Made by a program: the position numbers and the translations under genes. A DNA stretch of 63,915 bases, the filler included, from Reticulomyxa filosa (taxonomy: Eukaryota; Protista; Foraminifera), in NCBI GenBank assembly GCA_000512085.1. It is 12 parts of 12 records of this genome, joined end to end, with 100 filler letters (N's around TTAATTAATTAA, not from the genome) between each part and the next. Parts side by side here need not be neighbours in the genome. Positions count along the whole stretch, not along the records: positions 1 to 16,061 come from ASPP01023902.1; positions 16,162 to 19,196 come from ASPP01005826.1; positions 19,297 to 20,746 come from ASPP01001596.1; positions 20,847 to 22,160 come from ASPP01028268.1; positions 22,261 to 23,578 come from ASPP01038031.1; positions 23,679 to 28,737 come from ASPP01020547.1; 6 more parts are not named here. The stretch is one strand, 5' to 3'. A model generated the notes under the pieces. The model was given only the letters and a program-made list of their open reading frames with translations, had not been told where the DNA came from and made no database searches. Below, one piece after another: positions 10,507 to 23,727 of this stretch. Every line of letters starts with the position of its first letter. Position 1 is the first letter of the stretch.

Positions 10507-12641
10507 TTAGTTTTTCCGTTGCTCGTTAAACTTTTTTGAATTGGAAAAAACAAAAGACAATATATTGGTCCCATCATTATCAATACCCTTAATCGAATGT
10601 AATTCCTTATTCAATCGAACATCCCAAAAACGGATTGTATTATCTATTGATCCAGAACATAAGATATTTGAGCTTCCAACCCCAGTATTACTATTTACGA
10701 ACGGTGAATATTCAACACAAATCACCCAATCGGTGTGTCCTTTAACACTTGAATTTCTTTTTTTGATCGAATATCCCACAAGCGGATACTTTTATCATTC
10801 GATCCAGAGCATATTATATTTCCACCTGATTCATACGGTGAATATTTTACACTTTTTATAAAATCTTGGTGTGCTCTGAAAACAACTAATTCTTTTAAGG
10901 TTTCAAGATCCCATACACGAATGGTTTTATCATATGAACCAGAACAAATCGTGTATCCATTACCCCCGATTATGCCAATGCTATTGATATTATTATTGCA
11001 ATTACTTCGTAATGGTGAAAATTCTGCGCATCGAACACTATATTCATGCCCTTTGAAAAAGTGTAATGGTCTGGATGTTTCGATATCCCACAGACAAACA
11101 GTTTTGTCAGCAGATGCAGAGCATAAATATTGACCACCATTAAATGGAGAAAAATGAATTCCATAGATAGCATCATCATGTTCCTCAAGGATTTGTGTTT
11201 CCTTGCTGTTTTCAAAATTCCAAAAGCAAATAGTGTTATCAGTTGATGTAGAACAAATGATTTTATGACCACCATTGTGATAATGATATGGCGAAAATTT
11301 CACACAATATAAACCTGAATATTTAGTACATGTTTTCAGTATTTTGGCTGTATTCACATCCCACACTTTGATTGTTTTATCTAACGATCCAGAACAAAGA
11401 AATTGACCATCAGAAAATTGTGAATAATCAATGCTATACACAAGACTGGTGTGTCCATTGTATGCTTTGAGTGGATTGGCAGAACGAAATAAATCAAAGC
11501 TACATTCCTTTTTTTCCTCTCTTTTATCTGAACCATAAAATCGAATAAGATTTCCATAGTCCTGTGTAAGTTCAGAATTCTGATTGCAATGTAATGATAT
11601 TTCATTTCGTATTTCAGCAATCGTTTGAATTTTTTTCATATATTCTATTTCATCTCCTTTCTCTAAAAGTAGTTTTTCTCTCGATTTAATTGTGTCGCCT
11701 ATTTTTTGATTGGTATTTTCTTGTATCTGCACTTGTTTAATCTTGTTTTTCATATCTTTTTTTAATTTCTCAATTTCAAGAAGAATCTTGTCCTGTTCAT
11801 TATTTGTAATATTTGTTGCACAAAGAGTAGATAGACATTTGTTCTGTTTTTTTTTTTTTAGCTCGAAACGGAATATTCTTTGAAAAGCGTCATGTTTTCT
11901 TCGTCTGCTTTCTGCTTTGATTGCAGCTCTGATATCAATTTTTCGTGTCGCAATTGTAACACTTTTGATTCTTCCTTTTTTTTTTTTATACTTTATTTGT
12001 TGTTTTAATATTTATTTAAAAAGAAGAAATTATAACTTGAAGTGATTGTATGATTTGCTTTAATACTTTAAATGATTTCATCACTAAATCAAAATGGAAT
12101 TTCATCTTTGAAATCAAATGTTCTTCTAATTCGTGCTTAAGACATTTATGATCACATCCAAATGGTTTAAACCAACACACAGATAATTTCAAAGGACATG
12201 AATATTCCAAATGATCCTTTAACTCTTTTATCTTTCCATTGAAATCACAATTGACTTTTCTTTTTTGGTGTGTTTGTAATTCTTGTTCAAATTGTAATGG
12301 ACATATTACTTTCAATCCATTAATATATCGTTGTGCCAATCTGACTTTTGTGTATTGACAACGATCATGTGATTCAACTGGACAAGAATTAGGATTTTTA
12401 TCGAGAAATTGTTTCAAACAATATTCTCCAACGACTAGTGATTGATCCAAGTGCTGATGCTGTGGACAATTAATTTCAATGAGATCATTGGCAACTTGTT
12501 TACAAATCAAACAAATGTAATCATTAATTTGATCTTCTTGATCAGTCGTAAAACCCAGTTTTTATTCAAACACAACTGTTGTGATGAAATCTGATTTTCA
12601 ATCTCTATTTCTTTGCTTTTTGTATCTTCCAAAGTGCTCAT
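10507..12641 (-). pseudogene. TRAF-type zinc finger + coiled coil + WD40 gene (expanded family), with frameshifts (pseudogene or assembly errors)
   Basis: ATG at 12641. ICLICKQVAN..CPQH RING-like remnant and TRAF-like CDFNGKIKELKDHLEYSCPL..CWFKPFGCDHKC..HL. About 7 WD40 repeats (GHTSLVYSIDYS, CSGSYDKTIRVWD). Frameshifts near 12545, 10740 (LKGH, in an A run) and ~10560. Confidence 0.8.
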
Positions 12642-13081
12642 CTCTATTTTGTTGATTTCGTCTCCCGAATGGATTATAAAAGTTTTTTGAACTTAGAAAG
12701 CACCTGTGCACAGTAACAGGCAAATTTCTAAAATAATATGGAAAATTTATTTCTGTTTTATTCTACTGCTTATGTTCTTGCCAGTGCTCATTTTTATTGT
12801 TTGATTTTTAAATAAAGATGATTAATCTTAAGGAATAGTTTGAACTTTTAAACTCCATGCTTTCTTTTGGAAACGATTACAGTGTAATCTTTCAATTCGA
12901 AATTTGTTCAATCGAACAAGAATAAATTTAACTGTGTACAAAAATTTCAAAAAGGATAAAAATGACCATTCAATATGAGTTGAATTTTTGATAGTAAGTT
13001 TACATTTTTTAGAAGAAAGAGGAGATACCCTCTTCAAAAAAAGCAGAAAAAGGAAAGGAGATAATAAAAAACGTGTTTTAA

Positions 13082-14731
13082 ATGTCGGAAAAAGAGATTG
13101 AGTCTCTAATGGCCAATAAAGTGATCGAAGAAGATTCTATCACTCATGAAGAAAAGCTTTCATGCTGGACAGACTCACCAGCGTTGTCAGAAGTGGCAAT
13201 TAAACAAGGAGGAGCAGAGGAAGAAGAGGAAGAAGAAGCAATTGAGGCCAGCATTGAACCGAATGTAAGCGAAGCAGCAGCAGTAGTAAGCGAAGGCGCA
13301 TTGAACGAAGACTACAACAGCGCAATTTCAACTCCGACTCAGTTTGAGTATTTGTACTTGCTAGGTCGCGGAGTGTCTTCCGGAACATACGCAGTCAAAG
13401 AGCTAGCCACCAACAAGCACTACGCTTTAAAAATAATGCCTGTTTGGTATTTATGCGACATTCTTCCCTTATTTCCTTTTATTTTCCGAATAAAAGTCCG
13501 AAAGTTGACATCTTTATATATATGTATATATAAAGATGTCAATCCCATTCAATGAGACCCGTTTCAACCAAGAATGGACAGTGTTGTCCGAGTTGAATGA
13601 GTTGAAATGTCCAGGTATCATTCAGTTGAGAGAAACAAACAAAATCTGACTTCTCCATTGATTACGTCTTCTCCTTCCTTTTTGATAGTGGCGACGTTTT
13701 TGCACGCGTGCACATGCATCCAACTCATCTCAAAAACATTGCAAGAGGAGAGAAAAATAAAAAATAAACAAATAAAAAAAAACAGACTTCATGGTGCGTT
13801 CACTGATAACACCAACTTATATTTATCATTGGAACTGGCAAAAACAGACCTTTTAAGTTTAGACTAAAAAAACCATACTTGTACAAATATATATAAAATA
13901 TATATGTATAAATATGGGTCTTGGTTTTCTCTCTTTTTCTCTCCTCCCTTTTTGTTTTGTAATTCAAAGAGGTGATAAGGCAGTACAAAAAGTTGATTGA
14001 AGCCCATGTTCGATTTGTGGTCAAGTCGCTGCTGATCACACTACATTTCATGCATTCCCATCAATTTGTTCACAGGTAACTTTTTTCAATCTGCAAGTAT
14101 TTTTTTTTTTTTGCCAATTTTAATGCTCACTTTGCGTTTGTTTTTTAGGGATATAAAACCGGAAAATGTAGCATTGGACATAACGAAAAGAGCAAAAAAT
14201 GGAAGATATGTCGGAGTCATGATTTCCAATGTTCGACTGATCGATTTTGGAAGTGCGTTGATCAATGTCAACCCAGAAGGGGTTTATCAACGAAAACTTG
14301 TTGGCACTTTGTTTTACATGTCACCCGAATGTTTTCAAAAAGCTTGCTATGGCTGGGAATACAAAAGTTTTTTTTTCTTTGCAACTTTTCAAAATTTAAA
14401 ACGTTTTTCTCAAACAAATTTTTTTCAAAAAAAATTCCCAAAAATTATTTTTAAAAAAAATGGAATAACAAAATCAGGCTCAGATGTGTGGGCGGTTGGT
14501 GTGTTGACGTATGAGTTATTGACTGGAAAACGCCTGTTTCACGGAAATTCGCCGAAGGAAGTCCAGCACAAAATACGTCACGGCATGTGGTGTTTCCCGA
14601 AAGAAAGTGAAGACAGTGTTAGCACACTCGCAAAAAGTTTTGTTCATGCCTTATTGACACCTTCGGCCAAAGACCGACCCACTGCATTTATGAGTTTGCA
14701 ACATCCGTGGTTCAATTCCAAACCACTTTAG
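13082..14731 (+). CDS. Ser/Thr protein kinase (CAMK-like) with acidic N-terminal extension, ~6 exons
   Basis: LGRGVSSGTY (I), YALKIM (II), NQEW alphaC exon 13536-13624, HRDIKPEN spliced across 14075/14149, DFG, GTLFYMSPE, SDVWAVG, RPTAFMSLQHPWF. Confidence 0.9.
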
Positions 14732-15893
14732 ATTTTACTGGCTGTGGTTTACTTGTTTTTTCTGAACGGTTAGAGGGAAGACGTTACTCTCTTACCTTTT
14801 TTTTTAACAAGGTTGGTTTTATTTTTATTTTTTAAGAGGGAGGTTTGTTTTTAAGCTATTTGATTGTTTGTGCTCGTTTTGGAATGCAGTTATGGAACTT
14901 TTTTTTGAAGAAGCAAGGGGGCAGGAGCTTCTTTGAAATTTATTTATCATTTTACCCCTTTTTTTTCTATTGCTGGTCAAAGATTCCACTTTAGCTTTTC
15001 ATGCACGTTACATATCATTCTCCAGTTTTTACTCGACTAGTGTCTTTGGGCTGCGTTATATGTAATTTATTTGAACATCATTCTATCAAGCGAACAAATT
15101 TGAAATTTTGCTATCCATTAAACAAATTACAGTATATCCCTTTTACATAACGGACGAAAACTTACACTATATCCTCTATTCATCTGTGATTTTTAGAATA
15201 ATCTTTTTCTGTAAACTACTTTTGTTTAAATTGTCTCATTGTCGAATGAAATGCTTTAAAACAATTATCGCTTTGATCAATAAATTTTTTTTTGGAAAAG
15301 CAAGACGTCAAAGACACTAATCTCACGAAAAAGTTGTACGCCCCGTCCAAAACAGACATAGCACCATTAAAAGAAAGAAAAACAGTTGTTCAGCAAATCA
15401 CCACATATACATTACAATCATTGATTCAAATGAATAATATGAATCCCAACAATAAAATGATAAATTTTATTATTAGAAAACAAATGATTATTTGTTTATC
15501 AACGTCGATCTAATTGACAAATTTTTTTTTTAGTTCAAAGCTAAAAAAATTATTAATAAACTAAAAAAAGTGCGTTCGTTAAAAGTAACAGAACGAATTA
15601 AGCGTCTTATTATACGGTGGATGATTACTGGCAAATTTGTTACAGTTGAATAAGTAAAAAGAGTAATGTAAAAAAAAGGTTTTGCTTTAATTTCATGTGC
15701 AACAATAACCAGAATACTTAGAAAAAATAAATTGAATGATATTACTTTGAAGAAAAAACCTTTTTTAACAAAAAAAATAATAAAGCAAGACTTGATTTTG
15801 CAAAAAATTATAAATAATGGACATTCGGTCATTGGAAAAAAAGTGCTTTTTTCTGATAAAAGCAAAATTAATTTAAGAATTACAGTATGTTGC

Positions 15894-16027
15894 AAAAAAA
15901 ACTGAACACCTAAAATCCCACCTTATGAAGATGATAGATTTTCTTAATGAAAAACAAACATTTAAAGCTAATTTTTTTAAAAAAATATTTACAAGCATTG
16001 TAGTTTTTAAATATGATATTGATTTTT
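15894..16027 (+). repeat. Solo, diverged copy of the terminal arm of the MITE-like element at 17290-17908
   Basis: ACACCTAAAA...GATTTTCTTAATGAAAAACAAACATTTAA...AAAAAATATTTAC..TGTAGTTTTTAAATAT aligns by eye with 17295-17435. Confidence 0.6.
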
Positions 16028-16061
16028 GAATAACTTTTTTTTAGGTTGGAGAAAAATATCA

Positions 16062-16161
16062 NNNNNNNNNNNNNNNNNNNNNNNNNNNNNNNNNNNNNNN
16101 NNNNNTTAATTAATTAANNNNNNNNNNNNNNNNNNNNNNNNNNNNNNNNNNNNNNNNNNNN
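16062..16161. other. Artificial contig spacer (44 N + TTAATTAATTAA + 44 N). Identical spacers at 19197-19296, 20747-20846, 22161-22260, 23579-23678, 28738-28837, 31631-31730, 44385-44484, 57295-57394, 59492-59591, 62346-62445
   Basis: The same 100-bp structure occurs 11 times. The 12-mer places stop codons in all six frames. Confidence 0.98.
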
Positions 16162-17289
16162 AAAAAAAAAAAAAAAAGAAGTTTTCAAAAACAGCAGAAA
16201 CAAATAATTCGAGTGGTTTGAATGGAAAACCTCACTCGGTATCAAAAAATATGAATGGAGAAATAATTCATATCCCGAATTTGGAAGATGAATCGGACAG
16301 CAGCACGGAAAATAACGCCGAAAACGCAACGGGAAAAAGCCCAAAAGATTTGACTGGAAAAGTAAAAAAAAAAGAGAAGAGGCAGGTGTCAATATCACAT
16401 ATCTAAAGAATGTCTTAGTTCGGTTTCTGATATTGGCTGATCACTATTCTGATGAACAAATTGTATTGCTGCCTGTTCTTGGCAGTTTGCTACAATTCAG
16501 TCGAAAGGATCGAAAGCGGATTGATGACTCTTACAATAAAAATCGATATTTCTTGGAACAAGTGGGTCTTCTTTTTTTTTTTGTCGATTAATGTTTGTTC
16601 ATGTTCTTTCCGTCCTCCCCTAATAAATATTGTGCATTGATCAACAAATGAAAATAGAATACGCTCTTCCCATCCACTGCTGTTCCAGCAACTAAAAAAA
16701 GAAGAAAGAAAACAGATGCCACTGAGTAAAAATACGTGACTGTGCTTCTTTTGCTTTTCACATACCATACACCGAATATTATAGAAGTAACTAAAACAGC
16801 ATGTGCAGTGTTTGTGTTTGTGCTTGTCAAAGGATAATCACATTTTCAAAGTTTAAACAGAAATTCAGTGGTCATTACATTCAATTATTTTAGTTTTTGT
16901 TTTTACTTTTTCTTTTTTTTTCACTCTCGATCCAATTTCATTCTATTATTTCATCTGTTTTTCTTGCCATCAACCAGAAAGCAAATTCTTTTTCTTTGTA
17001 AACCAAACTAATTTGTCTAAATCCAAGTCTCTTTGCTTTTTAAAAGCATCCAGAATTCACAAATACAGAAATATTATTGTATAAAGCGAAAATTGTTTTT
17101 TATTTGATTTAATTTCATTCATCTGAATCGAAGCGAAGAACGTAACTTCAAAGATCTTTGCCAATCTTAACATTAAACAATCTCCTATTGTTCTTTTTTA
17201 TCAATATTTTTAAAACGAAGTAAGTCACTTCTTTTGGTATTACCCAACAATTTAAACATCATTCGTTAGCGCTTTATTGAAGTGCAGTA

Positions 17290-17908
17290 AAATAAAAAAG
17301 AAAGTTGACACCTAAAACGGTACTTTATGCAAACGATTGATTTTCTCCATGAAAAAACAACATTTAATCAAAATTTTTTTCATTTAAAAAATATTTACGG
17401 ATCGTGTAGTTTTTAAATATCGTTTTGATTTTAGTTTTTTATTTATCTTTCGAAAGTTTTTCAAAATTTATCGTTTACAGTCGCGTTTTTCTCGTATTCA
17501 TGGAATCTGCCAATTTAAGTATTTTTGTAAAATTCTTTGCGAAAACTTTTTTTTGTTTTCTTGATGTTTTATTTGTTTTTTTTTTGTCTTTGTTAGTAAT
17601 TGCATTGTGTTATTGTTTTTTTGGGTTTTTTGTGTTGTATTTTAATTATTTGTTTTTTAAGATAATTATTCTGTTTTAATAAAAGGCACTTGATATGATG
17701 GCGTCTGAAACAACAAATACTTAATAAAAGTTTTACAGTTTACTTTCAGAAACGTTGACACTTTTTTTATTAAAAAAGAAGTCAAAGCGATACTTAAAAA
17801 CTGCACAGTTAGTAGATATTTTTTTAAAAATAAAAATTTTGATTAAATTTGTTTTTTTCCAATTGTTTTCATAAAGTGCCGTTTTATGTATCAACTTTCT
17901 TTTTTATT
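17290..17908. mobile_element. Non-autonomous inverted-repeat element (MITE/foldback-like) with ~140-150 bp imperfect terminal inverted repeats
   Basis: Left arm AAAAAGAAAGTTGACACCTAAAACGGTACTTTATGCAAACGATTG...TTTAATCAAAATTTT...GTAGTTTTTAAATATCGTTTTGA (17290-17440) is the reverse complement, with mismatches, of TCAAAGCGATACTTAAAAACTGCAC...AAAATTTTTGATTAAA...CAATTGTTTTCATAAAGTGCCGTTTTATGTATCAACTTTCTTTTTTATT (17771-17908). The T-rich interior has no credible ORF. Confidence 0.65.
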
Positions 17909-18382
17909 CTAATGAATATTACTATTGATGTGCGTTAGAAATTTAAAAATGGACAGCAGAAAAATAATTGAAAAACGTTTCAACTTACATGTTTGATTTT
18001 TTAAACTTAGTTGTTTAGAACTCAAAACAAAGTAGCGGAAGAAAGGGGCCTAGAGAATTGTTGTCAAAAAATTTTCCTTTCTTTCTTTTGTTTATTTCTT
18101 TTGTTTATTTCTTTTGTTTATTTCTTTCTTGTCTTTATTTTGCTTTGCCTTTTACTGAAATTGGCCAAGGTACAAACGTCTAGTTATGTTTGTGTCAGCT
18201 TTGCACCCCTTAAAAAGACAAACAGTCCCGTTTCAACAGGACTATTTTCCGATAGCCGATAACAGCAAGTTCATTTTTTTTAATTAAAATATTATATCTT
18301 TTGTGAAATGAAATTTCTAATTTAGTAAAAAAAGTATCTAACGATCGACTCAGTCAGGGTTTTTGGGGACAAAAAAAAAAGC

Positions 18383-19196
18383 ATGACATGCTATTATTAC
18401 AATTCAACTCAAACATCCAAATCAAGCGTATCATATGAGGAGGAAGCATTGTATTGGTATCAATACAATACTCGTGGAGTATGGAACACACTTGCGTATG
18501 AATTCACTGTAAAATTAGAGCAAGTCTTCAGGACATCTAGCTCGTCATTAGTGGAAATACCTACGAAAAGTGCCAGGCTCTTCTTTGATCTGAAGAAAAT
18601 GCTTTTTTGGAGTGACAAGACCAAAGGAAACTATGTGTTACGAAGAGTTCAGGTAAGCAAAGAAAAGGAAAGGAAGACAACAGCAATGATTGAATGTGTA
18701 TATTAACCTCTCCACCCGTTTCTCCTGTGTATGTGTTATATATCTAAAATGATTAAAAAAAAAAAAAAAAAAAAAGCGATTGAATGGAGAGTTGCACATA
18801 AAAGACCAGGGATATGTAGTTCGATTTCAATCGTTTCATAATCCACCCAAGTCAAAGACAAAGACAAAGACAAAGACAAAGAAAAATGTTATAGTCGATT
18901 ATGTATGCGACCCAAATGACCCAATATTCGACCCAAAGAAAGGCATTCCAAGTTTGGGTGAAGTGGAGTTCGAACTGAAGCTCCGTGATAATTACATCAC
19001 AGGAGACAAGGGATCCGATCCTTCTGATTTCATCGCCTTTCGTTTGAAAAAAGTGTCTCTTACAATTCTGGATGGCGTTATCATATATTTCTCGCAAACG
19101 ACGTTGACTGGCATTGTCGTTACTAAAAGTTTATATATACATAAATATATATAAATATAAATATACATATATATACATATATATATATATATATAT
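18383..19196 (+). CDS. WWE-domain protein, 3'-truncated (exons 18383-18652, 18777-~19110)
   Basis: WYQYNTRGVWNTLAYEFTVKLEQVF...FDLKKML..SDKTKGNYVLRRV fits the W-W-E pattern with the D+..M and final RR. Intron 18653-18776 (GTAAGC..A21G) splices in frame. Confidence 0.55.
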
Positions 19197-19296
19197 NNNN
19201 NNNNNNNNNNNNNNNNNNNNNNNNNNNNNNNNNNNNNNNNTTAATTAATTAANNNNNNNNNNNNNNNNNNNNNNNNNNNNNNNNNNNNNNNNNNNN

Positions 19297-20746
19297 TTCT
19301 TTTCATTATTATCATTTTTGTTATTGTTGATTTGTAATGGTGAAATATCAATACACCAAACACAATCTTCATGTCCTTTGAAAATATATAAGGATTTTGA
19401 TGTTTCAACATCCCATAAACGAATTGTTTTGTCACCAGATCCAGAACACAAATATCTACCACCATTAAATGGTGAAAATTCAATTCCATTAACACTACCA
19501 TCATGTCCATTGAATATTTGTAATTCCTTATTATGTTTAAAATCCCATAAACGAATGGTTTTGTCAAATGATGAAGAACAAATGACATTTTGACGATGAT
19601 AATGATAATGATATGATGAAAATTTCACACAATGCACAGCAGATGAATGTCCATTAAATGATTGAATTTGTTTATTTTTATCAATATCCCATACACGAAC
19701 TGTGTTATCATCTGATCCAGAACAAATGAATTGACAATCATCAAATGTTGAATAATCAATACTCCGCACCCAATTAGTATGTCCAGTGAATGTATTGGTT
19801 AATTTGGATGATGAACAAAATGTATCAAACATGAAGACAGCATATACCTATGTTAAATAAATATTTGAATATTTTGATTGATGAAATAAAAAAAAAAATA
19901 CATGAACTAACATAATTGACAACAAGTTTGTCAAACTCATGAATCCATCCAAATTTGATTTGCAATATTCGAATCCAGTGCCGGATAATAATTTGTATTT
20001 TGTTTTCCTTTGGTTAGTTCAATCACAAGTCACATACAATAAAAACTTAAAGAAATCAACTTTTTAAAAATTTGTAATAAAACGTACCAATGTATATGAT
20101 TGACTGTATTTGAATTGTAATAATTGATTATTGTAATCTTTTTCTTTTTTGTCCTTGTTAATTTGATATTTAGATTGAATATCAATCTGATATATGTCAT
20201 TAAATGATATGTTTATGTGAAACGGAAATACATAAACAAATAATACCAGTTCTTGTTTTAAGATTAGATTTTTATGATTTATTTTTGAAATTTTTTCATT
20301 TTGTTTTTTTTCATTCAATTCTTTTTCTGATTTCAATTGTTTAATTTCATCCTATATTTATATTTTCAATTCAAGTAATAGCACAAATACGCAAATATAT
20401 TTTTTAAAAAAAATAGAAAAATCCTTACACTAAGTTTTGCAATTTGTTTGCATTGTTCATAATTGTTGCTTTTTAGAATTTCTTCCAATTTGATTATACG
20501 AATATCAAATGCACTTTGACATTGTTTAAGTTGTTGAATTTCTTTGCTTTTTTCGTTATCACTTTCTTTCAGCTTTTCAATTTCTACATTACTTTTCAAG
20601 TTCATTTTTCTTAGTTCTTCCTTTTTTTTTTTTTTTTTTAAAAAAAAATAAATAAATGTTTTTCTTTGTTTATTCATTTATCACAATTATTGAAAAAGAA
20701 ACACAAAACTATTTGTAATTTTTCATCTTGCAATTGCGATTGTAAC
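19297..20746 (-). CDS. Coiled-coil + WD40 repeat protein, fragment (same expanded family as 10507-12641)
   Basis: GHTNWVRSIDYS, CSGSDDNTVRVWD, FSPFNGGRYLCSGSGDKTIRLWD, plus the family motif IIIRHWIRILQIKFGWIHEFDKLVVNY (~19910-20000). Truncated by both contig ends. Confidence 0.85.
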
Positions 20747-22492
20747 NNNNNNNNNNNNNNNNNNNNNNNNNNNNNNNNNNNNNNNNNNNNTTAATTAATT
20801 AANNNNNNNNNNNNNNNNNNNNNNNNNNNNNNNNNNNNNNNNNNNNGAAAAACAAAAATGCGATAAAAACTGAGCAAAGAACAAGATGATTGACAATATG
20901 CTTCAAGTTTTTTTAAGGCTGGAAAATTTTGAAATAAATATAGTGAAATATGATAATCATTATCGCAATGAAGTCTTTGGAGAAAATGAAAAAAGTCGAT
21001 AAGTTGCTCCATTAATTGTCACAACATGGAAGATAACACACGCTATCTTATGTTAATTGTGACGTGGAAACGTCAAGAACACATCAAACACATTCACAAT
21101 CACCGTACTTCGGATTATGAGTGGTGGATGACAAACTTTATTGTCGAAAAGAAGTTCCCAAACATTGGGATTTGCAAATTGAAAAATTATTATTTAATAC
21201 AAATTAATGCCTTATCACTTTCTTCATGCTTTTGATTCTTTTTTCCTTATTTTTTAATATGAGAACTTAAAATATAATATTCTAGAATCTTTTTATCATA
21301 TGCACTCCTTCTTATTTCATTATTCTTGTTATTGTCCTACGCAAAACACAATATAAAATAATTTAAAAGAGTCTATTGCGTATCATCACCTGCAATTAAT
21401 CCCAGTTATCAGTTTTTTCAAAGACAAAAGTGAAAATCAAATCGAATTTATTTGCATTTTCTACTTTTAGATTTAAAATATTAAAATTCAAAAATTTTTA
21501 CGATGAGTATAATTTGATGAAAAATGTCGTGTGAGCCGAGGAACGAAGTTGTTAAAAAAAACTAAAAGAAACCACAATTCACACAAAAATACAAAATTTT
21601 AGTCCAAAAATTTGAGACAAGTGTTAAATACTTGCAAACGAACATGCACCAACTTCACTTTGCCTTTGTTTGCTGGCACTGCAACCACAATCACTTTTCA
21701 CATGTACTGTATTCTTTGGAAACCTATGTTATATACGTGTGTTGATGTATATATTTCAATTTCAATCACATCATAAAAAACATTATAACTTGGAATAGGT
21801 TGCGCATATAATCATTACAATAACTAGCTTACCACCTTCAATATATCATGAGACAAATCACATATGGATCTTTAATTTTTTGTTCAAATTGTATGTTATC
21901 CAAAACGCAAACCATGACCCATATTTGAAGTTCACTATAGTTACTTGTTCAACAATAAACAAATAAATGCACTGGAGGAATGACGGGCGCATGCGTTGTA
22001 GTGCGACTTCAATGATTTGACATATTATGTTTTCTCAGTACAATTCACCCATGAGGTTACCACTTTTGTTGTATGTATGCAACCATCGATATTCTGCTGT
22101 TGTCACAATTACCATTATCGTTGCAACACTAATGGCAATGTAAATAGCAAAAACTTGTCANNNNNNNNNNNNNNNNNNNNNNNNNNNNNNNNNNNNNNNN
22201 NNNNTTAATTAATTAANNNNNNNNNNNNNNNNNNNNNNNNNNNNNNNNNNNNNNNNNNNNATTAAATATGTACACATAAAACAAAAACTTTTTCAAAGAA
22301 TGGAATCGAGCACGAATTATAGCATCAGATAGCAGGAAAGAGGACAGGCGCACAAATGACCAAATACCTTGAGCCTCTTGTGTTGGAATGCGCGCGTTAA
22401 TTTCAATGATAATGTGTCCATCAAATATTCCGTTATTTGGAACAATTGAGTTGTGACCCGGGAGAAGCTATTATCATTGAAATGCTCTTTCC

Positions 22493-23578
22493 CTAGCTAC
22501 CATTTTTTGAGTAACAGTCTTGTAAGTGGCAGAACCTTCCACTTTTTAATTCAAGTGATTCAGTTTTTGTAACCTGAAAAATTCGTTCGTGTCCACAGCG
22601 CCAATTTCTTTGATATAAGAGAGGAGAGACGATAGAGAGAGAGAGGCTCGACTGCTGACATGAAATGTTGTTCAAATATCCACTCAGCAGGGCCCAGCGC
22701 CACCAATACATTGATAATATCCAAACTCTTGTTTTGATTTACCAAATAATGGAGCGATTTTTGCGGCGTCGATTGATTGATGCGACGTTGTTGTTTTTTG
22801 TAATAAATGGCACACAGCAACATTAGTTCTCTTCCATGCACATCAACAATAGCGGTACCCAATATTGGCACACACAATATCAGTCCAATGTATTTGAGTA
22901 ATTGACAATGAATAGAAGAAAACATGGACTGCGTTTCGTGGTCGCCGTCATCAGCATGGCTGGCACTGCTTTTAACATTGTCACGTTCATTCGGTAGCTT
23001 CCATTGGGGGTGCGCTATGTGAAATTGATCCACGTTTAAAAAAGCACAAAGTGGCTACTTGTGTGTGTGTAAAGAGCCATAACCAAAGTAACAGCGGCAA
23101 ACTATTCTCTTTTTTCTTTTTAAAACAAATCCAACGATGATATGGCCTTGGAATTTGCTTTTCTTCTTCTTTATTATCATCTACATCATCTTTCTCTTCT
23201 TGTTCGCTGATTGCCTTGCACAAAACTCATCCACAAAATTGGAGCCACAACATCGATGGAGTGGTTCCATATGAGAGTGGCTTATTCAACTGCATATGTG
23301 ATTATTTACTATAACATCCTCATACTTTTCTTCTTTGTCTTTCATTTTTTTCGTTTCTTCCTTTTCTTCGGTCCGTCCAGTCGATGCTGCTGTTGCAATA
23401 CCATAATGTCAATATATATATATATTTTTTTTTTTTTGAGGTATTTTCACGTCTTTTTTTTCTTCTTGATAAAAGCTTGCGTTTGTTGTCGAGTAGCACC
23501 AAGATCCATATTCTCCGCGGTTGAACTGAGAAAATTTTTTGCAACTGTTCCAACGCCATCATATGATGGATATTTTCA
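22493..23578 (-). CDS. Hypothetical multi-exon protein fragment
   Basis: Collinear GC-richer open segments (23578-~23490, ~23310-23130, ~23035-22570) are separated by low-complexity AT introns. No family recognised. Confidence 0.35.
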
Positions 23579-23727
23579 NNNNNNNNNNNNNNNNNNNNNN
23601 NNNNNNNNNNNNNNNNNNNNNNTTAATTAATTAANNNNNNNNNNNNNNNNNNNNNNNNNNNNNNNNNNNNNNNNNNNNTATATATGTACATATATGTATA
23701 TATATGTACATATATGTATATGATAAG

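Noticed and set aside
20847-22160. Short ORFs in this contig
   Set aside because: No recognisable motif in the frames I read. It may be a decayed gene, but I cannot support a call.
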